A stretch of DNA of 63,338 bases, filler included, from Actinomycetota bacterium (GTDB lineage Bacteria; Actinomycetota; Actinomycetes; JAKEEW01): NCBI GenBank assembly GCA_046725875.1. It is 6 parts of 6 records of this genome, joined end to end, with 100 filler letters (N's around TTAATTAATTAA, not from the genome) between each part and the next. Parts side by side here need not be neighbours in the genome. Positions count along the whole stretch, not along the records: positions 1 to 16,506 come from JBKOZJ010000140.1; positions 16,607 to 27,171 come from JBKOZJ010000143.1; 4 more parts are not named here. One strand, given 5' to 3'. Of the stretch, positions 12,217-20,968 are shown one piece after another. Every line of letters begins with the position of its first letter. The stretch's first letter is position 1. Under the pieces are notes generated by a model. That model had not been told where the DNA came from, ran no database searches, and saw only the letters and a program-made list of their open reading frames with translations. The position numbers and the translations under genes are program-made.

Positions 12217-12902
12217 CCTCGGCCATCCGACGGGATCCGAACGAGATCGATCGGGCCCGCTTGGGCGGCTGCGACGACCTTGCGCGCATCTTGCTCCGCG
12301 ACCGACAGTTCGACGCCGACCTCGTTCGTGCCACCGCCGCCGAAGCCGCTGCTGCTGTTCCGGTTGACCGCGGACACCGTCAGCCCACCCGCGACGAGCA
12401 CGGACCTTGGGTTGGCTCCGCCAGCGGCTGCCTTCGTTGTCACGTAGAGGTCGACCACTTCGCCGACCCGTAGATCGTCCGGGAAGTGATGACGGGCGAT
12501 CGGCACCGTCACGAAACGCCGGTTATCGATTGCCGCGCTCGGCGGGACGACGGCGCTAGCGGGAAGCAGCTCTCCCGCGCTCACCGGTCGGCTGAGCAGG
12601 TAGCCGGCCGGATGAGCATCGCGACCGTCGAGATAGAGCGGCGGAGTGCTCCCGGTCAGCCGTACGTCGACCCGGCGTAGCTGGTCGGCGGTGAGCCGAG
12701 TTCCCGCTGCGAGGTCTTGGGTAACCGCCCACACGGTCTGCGTGTCGTCTGCGGCGGCGACAACACGGGTGCCGATCGCGACCGAACCGAGGACGAGCGC
12801 CAGGCCGCCGAGCAGGCGGACGTCCAGCCAGCGGGGGCTACGCAGCCGCACCGCCTGCGGGGAGGCTAATCCGGACATGGCGTGATCATGCCGGGAGGGC
12901 AC
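12213..12902 (-). CDS. SAF-domain (CpaB/RcpC-like) membrane protein
   Basis: TM segment after RLRSPRWLDVRL; VWAVTQDLAAGTRLT; RPVSAGELL; LRVGEVVDLY; 4-nt overlap with the ATPase gene; start may be 12878. Confidence 0.8.
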   Translation of the reverse strand: MPSRHDHAMSGLASPQAVRLRSPRWLDVRLLGGLALVLGSVAIGTRVVAAADDTQTVWAVTQDLAAGTRLTADQLRRVDVRLTGSTPPLYLDGRDAHPAGYLLSRPVSAGELLPASAVVPPSAAIDNRRFVTVPIARHHFPDDLRVGEVVDLYVTTKAAAGGANPRSVLVAGGLTVSAVNRNSSSGFGGGGTNEVGVELSVAEQDARKVVAAAQAGPIDLVRIPSDGRG

Positions 12903-12939
12903 GGGTCGGTGCAGCCCGAATCAACACATCGGGTCAACC

Positions 12940-12948
12940 TGTGGATAA
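12940..12948 (-). promoter_or_regulatory. Perfect DnaA box (TTATCCACA)
   Basis: TGTGGATAA on the + strand in the SAF/HTH divergent intergenic region. Confidence 0.55.
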
Positions 12949-12950
12949 CA

Positions 12951-12980
12951 GAGGCTAACAAAAGCAAGCGATGGCAAGCT
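12951..12980 (+). promoter_or_regulatory. 10-bp-periodic operator-like motif overlapping the HTH gene promoter
   Basis: GAGGCTAACAAAAGCAAGCGATGGCAAGCT: GCTA/GCAA/GCAA at 10-nt spacing. Confidence 0.6.
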
Positions 12981-12986
12981 TGTGGA

Positions 12987-13226
12987 GTGGCGGAGCCGCG
13001 GTTCTTGACCCTTGCCGACGTTGCCGAGGTGCTCAACACTTCGCCGTCGCAGGTCTACGCGCTGGTCCGATCTGGTGAGCTTCCGGCGATCAAGCTCGGC
13101 GGTCGGGGCCAATGGCGGGTGGAGCGCAGCGCGCTCGAGGAGTTCATCCAGCGCATGTACGCCGAGACACGCGACCACATCACCACCCATCCATTCGGCC
13201 GTGGCGACGACGAGACACAGGATTAG
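12987..13226 (+). CDS. Small excisionase/MerR-like HTH (HTH_17) DNA-binding protein
   Basis: RFLTLADVAEVLNTSPSQVYALVRSGELPAIKLGGRGQWRV. Confidence 0.88.
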   Translation: MAEPRFLTLADVAEVLNTSPSQVYALVRSGELPAIKLGGRGQWRVERSALEEFIQRMYAETRDHITTHPFGRGDDETQD

Positions 13227-13285
13227 GAGCGGTACGAGGGCCGAACGGGCGCCTCCAGCCGATCGCTCAGCGGGAGGAGAGGTAT

Positions 13286-14632
13286 TTAGGTGGTTTGCGA
13301 CGAGGGTGGCGACTCGTCGGCCGGCCGCTCGGCCGTTGTCGCCGGGACCGGCTCGGACCCGGGCACCGCCATGCCTGCGGCGTAAGCTTCCTCCTCGCGT
13401 TCGCGCCCCGGCGTTGGGATGTCGAACTTGATGATTGCCCAGCGGAACACGAAGTAGTAGATGACGGCGTAGATGGCGCCGATCATCCAGATCAGCCACG
13501 GATTCTGGGTGTTGTCCTTGCCGACGTTGAGCATGAAGTCGATGAAGCTGGCCGAGAAGCCGAACCCGATGTGAATGTCGAGCAGGTCGGCCAGCCACAT
13601 CGAGATGCCCGTCAGCACCGCGTGGATGCCGAAGAGGAGCGGCGCGACGAAGATGAACGCGAACTCGATCGGCTCGGTCACGCCAGTCAGGAACGAGGTG
13701 AAGGCGGCGGCCAGCATGATGCCGCCCACGACCTTGCGCCGCTCGGGACGCGCGCAGTGGGCGATGGCTAGCGCGGCCGCCGGCAGGCCGAACATCATGA
13801 CCGGGAAGAAGCCGGCCATGAAGAGCCCGGAGTTCGGGTCGCCGGCGAAGTATCGGTTCAGGTCGCCGAAGACCGGCTCGCCGCCGGGCGGGGTGTATTC
13901 GCCGAACACGAACCACATCAGCGAGTTGATGATGTGGTGCAGGCCGAACGGGATGAGGAGCCGGTTTACGGTGCCGTAGATGCCGGCCCCCGCGCCGCCC
14001 TGGTCGACGAGCCACTCGCCGAAGTCGTTGATCCACCCACCTACTGTCGGCCAGATCGCGCCGGCGATGATGCCGAGGATTAGGGCCGTGAAGGCGGTGA
14101 CGATCGGCACGAACCGGCGTCCGCCGAAGAACGCGAGGTAAGGCGGCAGCTTGACCCGGTAGAACCGCTGGAACAGGAGGGCGGTCACGATACCGAGCAA
14201 GATGCCGGATAGCACCCCCATCGACGGTAGCTCTACCGTGCCGTCCGGATTGGTCCGGATGGGGTTGTCGGCCACCATCTCGTTGAAGACGTTGTTGAAG
14301 ACCAGCCAGCCGACGACCGCGGCGAGCGCTGTCGATCCGTCCGATCGCCGCGCAAACCCAACTGCGATGCCGACGGCAAACAGAAGGGGAAGGTTGTCGA
14401 AAATGGCTGTGCCCGCACTGGCGAGCAGGGCAGCGATGTTGAGCCCGGCGACATCGGTCCAGTTCAGCCCGTCCTCGCCGAGTAGGTCGGCCTGTCCGAA
14501 GCGCAGCAGCAACGCCGCGGCCGGCAGTACTGCGATCGGCAGCATCAAGCTACGGCCGATGCGGGAGAGCGTGCCGAGAACACCGCCGCCTCCACCCGCG
14601 TACGTCGCCGAGGTTGCTGAGGTGGAGCTCAT
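13286..14632 (-). CDS. nagE: PTS EIIC permease, glucose/GlcNAc family (NagE2-like)
   Basis: GRSLMLPIAVLPAAALL, FFGGRRFVPI, PFGLHH, LTGVTEPIEF, TPGRE. Confidence 0.92.
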   Translation of the reverse strand: MSSTSATSATYAGGGGGVLGTLSRIGRSLMLPIAVLPAAALLLRFGQADLLGEDGLNWTDVAGLNIAALLASAGTAIFDNLPLLFAVGIAVGFARRSDGSTALAAVVGWLVFNNVFNEMVADNPIRTNPDGTVELPSMGVLSGILLGIVTALLFQRFYRVKLPPYLAFFGGRRFVPIVTAFTALILGIIAGAIWPTVGGWINDFGEWLVDQGGAGAGIYGTVNRLLIPFGLHHIINSLMWFVFGEYTPPGGEPVFGDLNRYFAGDPNSGLFMAGFFPVMMFGLPAAALAIAHCARPERRKVVGGIMLAAAFTSFLTGVTEPIEFAFIFVAPLLFGIHAVLTGISMWLADLLDIHIGFGFSASFIDFMLNVGKDNTQNPWLIWMIGAIYAVIYYFVFRWAIIKFDIPTPGREREEEAYAAGMAVPGSEPVPATTAERPADESPPSSQTT

Positions 14633-14678
14633 ATCTCCTCCGGTTCCGGAAGGGTGTGGGGGAACGTCAGGGCGATCC

Positions 14679-14867
14679 TCACCTAGTACCGGCCGCCCGA
14701 TAGGTGGAGATGACGTACTCGATCGGTACGCCGCCACTGAACGACCGGCGGCCGAGCAGGAGCACGGCGCTGCCGATCGGAATGCCGAGCAGGATGTCGC
14801 GTAATTGGAGGTACGTGTGCACCGGGCTGCGCGGATCGATCCGCCACCTGCTCGGTATCGCGCCCAT
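14679..14867 (-). pseudogene. Internally deleted GntR/HutC (DasR-like) regulator remnant
   Basis: GntR N-terminus IDPRSPVHTYLQLRDIL joined directly to UTRA C-terminus LGIPIGSAVLLLGRRSFSGGVPIEYVISTYR. Confidence 0.7.
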
Positions 14868-14910
14868 TCGTCACCTCGGCGCCCGGCCGCAACCGGGTTC
14901 GCGGTCCCCG

Positions 14911-14948
14911 AGTGGACTACCTCCTGGTCTAGGCCGGACTAGACCAGA
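14911..14948. promoter_or_regulatory. Overlapping DasR-responsive-element (dre)-like operators
   Basis: CTGGTCTAG-GCCGGA-CTAGACCAG perfect 9-bp inverted repeat (14924-14947), similar to dre consensus AGTGGTCTAGACCACT; sits between divergent PTS genes. Confidence 0.75.
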
Positions 14949-15141
14949 AGCGCCAAAGACACGTCAAGACCCTTGGCCCGTAATCCGAGGCCGCTTGCCG
15001 GTGGCTCAGCTTGAAAGCCAGTGTCACGCGGCGGTGCTACCGGTGAACCTGGGACTCGACTGCGCAGTCTTCGGACGCCAAGATTCCCTTAGTCGCAATC
15101 CGTTGTGGGGTCGGGGCGCTGAGCTGTTCGGGAGGATGTCA

Positions 15142-15375
15142 ATGCCGAGCAAGGCCGAAATGATCATTGCTGGTCTCGGCGGCGTGGAGAACATCATAGA
15201 GATCGAGCCCTGTATCACCCGTCTTCGTGCCGAGGTGGACGACACCTCGCGGGTCGACGAGGCGAAGCTGAAGGCCGCCGGCGCCATGGGTGTCGTACGG
15301 ATGGGCGGCGGGGTTCAAGTGATCGTCGGGCCTGAGGCCGACACGATCGCGAGTGACATCGAGGATCTGCTTTGA
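15142..15375 (+). CDS. nagF: PTS EIIB component (NagF-like)
   Basis: GLGGVENIIEIEPCITRLR with the phospho-acceptor Cys; QVIVGP. Confidence 0.92.
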   Translation: MPSKAEMIIAGLGGVENIIEIEPCITRLRAEVDDTSRVDEAKLKAAGAMGVVRMGGGVQVIVGPEADTIASDIEDLL

Positions 15376-15866
15376 CATCGGGCGCGGCGGGCCGTGGCCG
15401 CGTGTCGGCTGCGCCGCTGGTAGTCGGCAGCCCGGTCAGCGGCCGAGTCGTCGCACTGTCCGACGTACCCGACCCGGTGTTCGCTGGCTCCAAGGTCGGC
15501 CCGGGTGTGGCGGTGGACCCGGTCCCGGGGTCAGGTACCGCCGTCTCTCCCGTGGCCGGGAAGCTCGTCAAACTGCACCCGCACGCGTTCGTGGTCGTCG
15601 CCACCGACGGCCGCGGCGTGCTGGTCCACCTCGGGATCGACACCGTCCAGCTCAAGGGCGAGGGGTTCGAGCTGCTGACCAGCGAGGGCGACGCGGTGGA
15701 GGCCGGCGGGCCCGTCGTTCGCTGGAACCCCACGGGGGTTCAGACCGGTGGCCGGTCACCCCTGTGCCCGGTGGTGGCCCTAGACGCGTTCGCCGACGCG
15801 GTCGCGGATCCCGGGCCGCCGGACCGCCCGGTCGGCCCGGGAGACCCGCTCTTTACCTGGACCTGA
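15372..15866 (+). CDS. crr: PTS EIIA, glucose family
   Basis: LSDVPDPVFA, HPHAF, LVHLGIDTVQLKGEGF. Confidence 0.93.
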   Translation: MTSGAAGRGRVSAAPLVVGSPVSGRVVALSDVPDPVFAGSKVGPGVAVDPVPGSGTAVSPVAGKLVKLHPHAFVVVATDGRGVLVHLGIDTVQLKGEGFELLTSEGDAVEAGGPVVRWNPTGVQTGGRSPLCPVVALDAFADAVADPGPPDRPVGPGDPLFTWT

Positions 15867-15927
15867 GCAGTCAGCGGGCTGGAAGACTGTACGCGATCAC
15901 GCGACGGCGTGCGGACGGAGCGAGGAG

Positions 15928-16200
15928 ATGACCGAGATAAAGGTGACGGTTCCAGACGGCGTCGGACTGCATGCGCGGCCCGCAGCGGTATTCGTACAAG
16001 CTGCGGCGAAGGCACCGGCCGACGTCAATGTCGGCCGGCCCGGCGGGGACTACGTGAACGCGAAGAGCATCCTCGCCGTCCTTGCCCTCGACATCCGCGG
16101 TGGCGAGGAGATCGTGCTGCGCGCGGACGGGGACGGTGCCGAGGAGGCGCTGGCCACGGTCGAGAAGGCCGTCCTCGAACCCGACGCGGTCCATGGCTGA
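15928..16200 (+). CDS. ptsH: Phosphocarrier protein HPr
   Basis: GLHARPAA and NAKSIL. Confidence 0.95.
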   Translation: MTEIKVTVPDGVGLHARPAAVFVQAAAKAPADVNVGRPGGDYVNAKSILAVLALDIRGGEEIVLRADGDGAEEALATVEKAVLEPDAVHG

Positions 16201-16506
16201 ACACCCGGTCCCCGACGCCGCGGCCGTCATCCACGGAGTCGCAGCCAGCCCAGGGATTGGCGTTGGACCGGCCGTTCTGGTCAGCGGCGATGTGCCGGAG
16301 CCGCCGGATTCGCCGCACGAGGGCGACGCCACGGCCGAGCTTGCCCGCGCTCGGGAGGCGCTCGAAGACACCGCGGCCGACCTCGAGAAGCGCGGCCGGC
16401 GGGCCGGTGGTGACGCTCAGGCCATGCTCGAGGCCCAGGCGATGATGGCCCGCGACCCGGGGATCGCCGAGGAAGTCGAACGGCGCATCGCGGGCGGCCG
16501 GACGTG
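16193..16506 (+). CDS. ptsI: PTS enzyme I, 3'-truncated by contig end
   Basis: GVAASPGIGVG..MLEAQAMMARDP; overlaps the ptsH stop. Confidence 0.88.
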
Positions 16507-16606
16507 NNNNNNNNNNNNNNNNNNNNNNNNNNNNNNNNNNNNNNNNNNNNTTAATTAATTAANNNNNNNNNNNNNNNNNNNNNNNNNNNNNNNNNNNNNN
16601 NNNNNN
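16507..16606. other. Artificial contig spacer
   Basis: N44-TTAATTAATTAA-N44, stops in all six frames. Confidence 0.99.
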
Positions 16607-17418
16607 CCGCCCGGTTCTGGAGTACCGGTGCCGGGGGCGAAGCCGGGGTCGAGTACGTCAATGTCTATGGACAAGTAGATGGCGTCGGTTCCGTCCAACG
16701 CCTCGGCGATGACCTGATCGAGTACCGCATGCGTTCCGCGTTCCCAGATCTCCTGCATGAAGTGGGTACGCATACGCTGCTCGCGCATCCACGCCAGCAC
16801 ATCCGGCGGCGGCCAATAGCCGCGCAGTCCGACCTGGACGAAGTTGTGTCCGGCGACGGCTCCGGACTCTATGAGTCGGCGCATGGGGGTGCCGTGGCTG
16901 GCCAGGTTGCCGTCGATGTCGGGCGCCGTATCGGCGTGCGCGTCGAAGTGGATGACGCCGACCCGGCCGTGTCCAATGACGTCAGCGACAGCGGTCGCCG
17001 AGGGCCAGGTGATGGAATGATCGCCGCCCAGGACGACCGGCACGATGCCACGGCTGGCAACAGCGAGCACTCGGTCATGGATGGCTTGTCGAGACGGCTC
17101 CCACAAGCCATGAAGGCAGATCGCATCGCCGTAGTCGACGGCGGCCAAATGATCAAAGATTTCGATGCCGAGATCGAGGTGGTAGGTGCCAGGCACGTAC
17201 GAGTTCGCCCGTAGTGCACGAGGGCCAAACCGCGCTCCCGGTCGATTAGTGGTCGATCCATCCCACGGCGCGCCGACGACGGCGACATCTGGCCGCCAGT
17301 CGTCCAACTGCTCGACCTCTGTCACGAGCGGCAGTCGGCCGAATGTGGCGATGCCCTGGTAGGTCTCTGCAGCGAGCTGAGCGCGCAGTCCTGGCCGGAG
17401 CGGATTTCCGTCAGACAT
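16607..17418 (-). CDS. speB: Agmatinase-like ureohydrolase, 3'-truncated by contig end
   Basis: RPGARFGP, GGDHSIT, HFDAHADT, SHGTPM, SIDIDVLDPGFAPGTGTPEPG; substrate not established. Confidence 0.88.
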
Positions 17419-17530
17419 GTTGACCTCAAAACGGGTGCTGAAGTCGGCGACGGACGTAACGCTGCCAAAGGTGGGCTGCTGAAGACAATCAGCGGCTGGC
17501 CCGGGGTCGCACTATATGCCCTGGCACACT
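17419..17530 (-). promoter_or_regulatory. Structured 5' leader, candidate translational riboswitch
   Basis: Closing stem UGCCAGGG/CCUUUGGCA, internal GCUGA/UCAGC hairpin, and GACUUCAG/UUGAGGUC hairpin covering the RBS. Confidence 0.5.
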
Positions 17531-17573
17531 CTTAGCGGACCAAACCGGGCCGTCGTCCGCCGAGGGAATCTCA

Positions 17574-18419
17574 ATGATCGAGCACACCGAGAAGGCCAGG
17601 CGTTTCCTGGCATTGCATCATGAGGAGCATCCTCTGCTTCTAGCAAACGCGTGGGACCGAGGATCGGCGTCGGTACTCGCGTGGCTTGGCTTCACCGCGC
17701 TGGCCACGACGAGCAGCGGCTTCGCCGCGACGCTAGGGCGGCCCGACGGATCAGTGACCCGCGACGAGGCGCTCGAGCACGCCGCCTCGATCGTGACGGC
17801 GACAGACCTGCCGGTCTCCGCGGATCTGGAGAACGGCTTCGCCGACGAGCCGGCCGGCGTCGCGCAGACATTCCGGATGGCGCTTGAAACCGGGCTGGCG
17901 GGATGCTCGGTTGAGGACTACACCGGACAGCCGGAAGCGCCACTCTACGACCCGGTCCTGGCCGCGGAACGGGTACATGCAGCCGCGGAGGTGGCGCACA
18001 GCGGACCCGTCCACCTGGTGCTTACAGCACGGGCCGAGAACTACTTGCACGGTCGTCCGGACCTGGCCGACACGATCAGCCGGCTGCAGGCCTATCAGGA
18101 AGCAGGAGCCGACGTGCTCTATGCGCCTGGTCTCACTGATCTAGCTGAGATCCGCCAGATCGTCTCCTCGGTTGACCGGCCCGTTAACGTGCTGGCGCTG
18201 CCGGGTGCTCCGACGGTAGCCGAGCTCGCCGCCATCGGGGTCGCCCGTGTCTCGGTCGGTGGCGCGTTCGCGTTCGCCGCGCTTGGGGTGCTCATTGAAG
18301 CGGCGCGGGAGCTGCGCACCGCCGGGACATACACGTTTTGGGAACGAGCGAGCACTGGCGCGAGTGGCGCCCGCGCCGCCTTCGCCGGCTGGCGAGGTCG
18401 TTCATCGCGCGGGCGATGA
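17574..18419 (+). CDS. Isocitrate lyase/PEP mutase family protein
   Basis: NAWDRGSA, ATTSSG, VSADLENGF, GCSVED, AGADVLYAPG. Confidence 0.9.
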   Translation: MIEHTEKARRFLALHHEEHPLLLANAWDRGSASVLAWLGFTALATTSSGFAATLGRPDGSVTRDEALEHAASIVTATDLPVSADLENGFADEPAGVAQTFRMALETGLAGCSVEDYTGQPEAPLYDPVLAAERVHAAAEVAHSGPVHLVLTARAENYLHGRPDLADTISRLQAYQEAGADVLYAPGLTDLAEIRQIVSSVDRPVNVLALPGAPTVAELAAIGVARVSVGGAFAFAALGVLIEAARELRTAGTYTFWERASTGASGARAAFAGWRGRSSRGR

Positions 18420-19121
18420 ACCGCGTTCAGGGTCGCCATAGGCCGCGAGGAACACCTCGACCGCTCGGTCGGCGATGTATTCGAGTTCCTCCGTGGTCGG
18501 CCGCGCCGCGGTGCCGGCGAACATCACTTGGTTCATCGGCTTGTACATAACGAGTCCGGCGAAGTGGTAGGCGGCCAGCGTTGCGTCGGGAAGCTCACGC
18601 AGCATCCCGCGGTCGGCCAGCCGCGTCATCGATTCACCCAGCAGCACCAATGATCGGTGAAAGGCACCGTCGAACCAGGCCCCCGAGACCTCCGGAAATC
18701 GATCGGCCTCCGCAAGGACCAGGCGCCGCAGCTGGAGAAGGTCCGGCTGCGTGAGGTTATGGAGAAGGCGTCGAGCGAGCTCACGGAAAGCCTGCCGCAC
18801 GTCGGTGGCTTCAGCGAGGATGTTGGTGTAGTCCCCCGCGAGTCCGACCACCACCTGAGTAGTGGTGCGGAGGATGATCTCGGCGAACAGGTGTTCCTTG
18901 TCCTCGAACTGCTTGTAGACGGTCTGTTTGGAGACCGCGGCACGGGCGGCCACCTCGTCCATGCTGGCGCCGAGGTAGCCGTGTTGGAGGAACACCTCGG
19001 TGGCTGCATTCAGGATCGCCCGCCGTTTACGGGCCGAACGACCCTCCTCCACACCAGCGCTAGAGGGGTCTTGCCTCGAGTAGGCAGCAGGCGGCTGGAC
19101 GGTACCCAGTGGTCGGTGCAC
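18402..19121 (-). CDS. TetR/AcrR-family regulator
   Basis: GYLGASMDEVAARAAVSKQTVYKQFEDKEHLF; start uncertain. Confidence 0.92.
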   Translation of the reverse strand: MHRPLGTVQPPAAYSRQDPSSAGVEEGRSARKRRAILNAATEVFLQHGYLGASMDEVAARAAVSKQTVYKQFEDKEHLFAEIILRTTTQVVVGLAGDYTNILAEATDVRQAFRELARRLLHNLTQPDLLQLRRLVLAEADRFPEVSGAWFDGAFHRSLVLLGESMTRLADRGMLRELPDATLAAYHFAGLVMYKPMNQVMFAGTAARPTTEELEYIADRAVEVFLAAYGDPERGSSPAR

Positions 19122-19149
19122 GATCCCTCCTCCGTCGCAAGAAAATCAT

Positions 19150-19190
19150 ACTAGACAGTTCCGTACCATTGTAGTACCGTACCGTCTAGT
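19150..19190. promoter_or_regulatory. Putative TetR operator (imperfect inverted repeat)
   Basis: ACTAGACAGTTCCGTAC-N7-GTACCGTACCGTCTAGT, 14/17 arm match, in the divergent promoter. Confidence 0.65.
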
Positions 19191-19229
19191 TCCGAAACGT
19201 GCAGAGATAACGAAGAGAGGCGAGCCAAG

Positions 19230-20033
19230 ATGGGCACTGTACGGTCCAAGGACGGCACCACGATCGCTTTTGACGCGTGGGGCGACGGCCGGCCGCTGAT
19301 CATGATCGACGGCGCTACCAGCTATCGCGGCATCAACCCAACGAACGCAGAGGTGGGACAGCTGCTGCGCGATGAGTTTCGGGTGTACGCATACGATCGG
19401 CGCGGCCGCGGGGAGAGCACGGACACCGCGCCGTACGCCGTGCAGCGCGAGATCGAGGATCTTGCTGCGCTGATCGCCGACGCCGGCGAACCCGCCATGG
19501 TGTTCGGCTGGTCGTCCGGCGCGGTCCTGGCCCTCGATGCGGCGGCGGCCGGCCTGCCGATCACCCGACTGGCGCTGTTCGAACCACCGTTTGTCATCGA
19601 TAGAAGCCGCCCGCCGCTGCCGGATGACTATGTTCAGCAGCTCGATGCCTCCGTTGCCGACGGCCGCCCGGGGGACGCGGTGGAGCTGTTCATGACCGCC
19701 GCGGCGGGCGTGCCCACCGAAGCTGTTGCCGGCATGCGACAGAGCCCGTTCTGGCCGGCTCTGGAGGCGGTCGCGCACACCATCGCCTACGACGGGCGGA
19801 TCATGGGCAACAGCATGTCGGGCGCCCCGCTGCCACGCGATCGTTGGGCCGCAGTCACTGTGCCCGTCCTGCTCATGCATGGCACCGGCACAATGCCGTG
19901 GCTGATAACGGCGGCCAGCGCCGCGACGGATCTCCTGCCAACGGCGTCCCTGCAGGCCGTGCCGGGCGAGCAACACAGCGCCCCAGCCGACGTGCTCTCC
20001 ACCGCCTTGCGGCAGTTCGCCCAAGGCAACTGA
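19230..20033 (+). CDS. Alpha/beta hydrolase
   Basis: SKDGTTIAF, YDRRGRGES, GWSSG nucleophile elbow. Confidence 0.9.
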   Translation: MGTVRSKDGTTIAFDAWGDGRPLIMIDGATSYRGINPTNAEVGQLLRDEFRVYAYDRRGRGESTDTAPYAVQREIEDLAALIADAGEPAMVFGWSSGAVLALDAAAAGLPITRLALFEPPFVIDRSRPPLPDDYVQQLDASVADGRPGDAVELFMTAAAGVPTEAVAGMRQSPFWPALEAVAHTIAYDGRIMGNSMSGAPLPRDRWAAVTVPVLLMHGTGTMPWLITAASAATDLLPTASLQAVPGEQHSAPADVLSTALRQFAQGN

Positions 20034-20210
20034 ATACGTGTCTGCGGGCTGAGGTCAGAAGGACTTACCGATCATTGTCCGAGCGCTTCGGACCGTCGGG
20101 CTCGGCGGAGCGGCTCATCTCATGAAGCGGTGGCTGTGGCGGAACCGCATACAGATGTGTGGGTAAATCGGTGTTTCAGTCACCTGCGAGGCCGCGGGTG
20201 GCGAGCCTCG

Positions 20211-20714
20211 TCACTTCCGTGTGATCTTATGCTGTCGTCCCTTGCTGACGTACGAGCGTCGCGGTGCTTCGGGCGGCGGCACGCAGACGACCGGGCAGGG
20301 GGCATGGGCCGTGCAGTAGGCACTAACCGACCCGAGGAGCAGGCGGCGGGCGAACCCACGCCTACTTCGCCCGACCACGAGCAGGTCCGGCTCGTTCACC
20401 GCCCTTACCAGCGCCGGTCCAATAGGTGGCGCCGCGATCGTGACGCGGATCGGTAGGTCGGCCGGGACGCCGCCGAAAAGCTCGACAAGCGCATCCTCGA
20501 CCACGCGCACGCCTCGAGGTCGGTCAGCGGAACCTAGGGAAGCCGGACTGGCCGTCGCCGTGTCGTCGAGCGTCGAATATCCCACGTCTCCCCCGACATA
20601 GACGACCTCCACCGGGACGTACCGTCGGCGTGCCTCCTCGACAGTGACCCAGAGGGCGCGCAGGCTGGCGGGGGATCCGTCGACACCGACGACGACCTTG
20701 CTGGTGGACGCCAT
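20211..20714 (-). CDS. Universal stress protein
   Basis: VVVGVDGSPAS; LLVVGRSRRGFARRLLLGSVS..HAPCPVV. Confidence 0.88.
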   Translation of the reverse strand: MASTSKVVVGVDGSPASLRALWVTVEEARRRYVPVEVVYVGGDVGYSTLDDTATASPASLGSADRPRGVRVVEDALVELFGGVPADLPIRVTIAAPPIGPALVRAVNEPDLLVVGRSRRGFARRLLLGSVSAYCTAHAPCPVVCVPPPEAPRRSYVSKGRQHKITRK

Positions 20715-20968
20715 GGTCGCATTCCTCCCCCGCTGATGCGTTTGCAATCGACAGTTAGAGCGCCGGTGGGAGTGCCCACCGGGCCCTGAGCAAGCGTTCT
20801 CCGTACCCGCTTCGTTCCTGTTAACGCCAGCTCGACGGCGCCCCCCTCCCGTCTGCCCTCTGGCGGTGAGCCAACTCACCTCCCTGTTCTTGAGATACCC
20901 GGAATTCCACCACGTCTGTCGTGGGATCGGGTTAGACAAGAGCAAAGGTCGCGATTGGCGGTGGCGAA

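Noticed and set aside
12987..13226. Excisionase-like gene as a sign of a prophage or ICE
   Set aside because: No integrase, att repeats or phage genes in the contig; better read as a regulator
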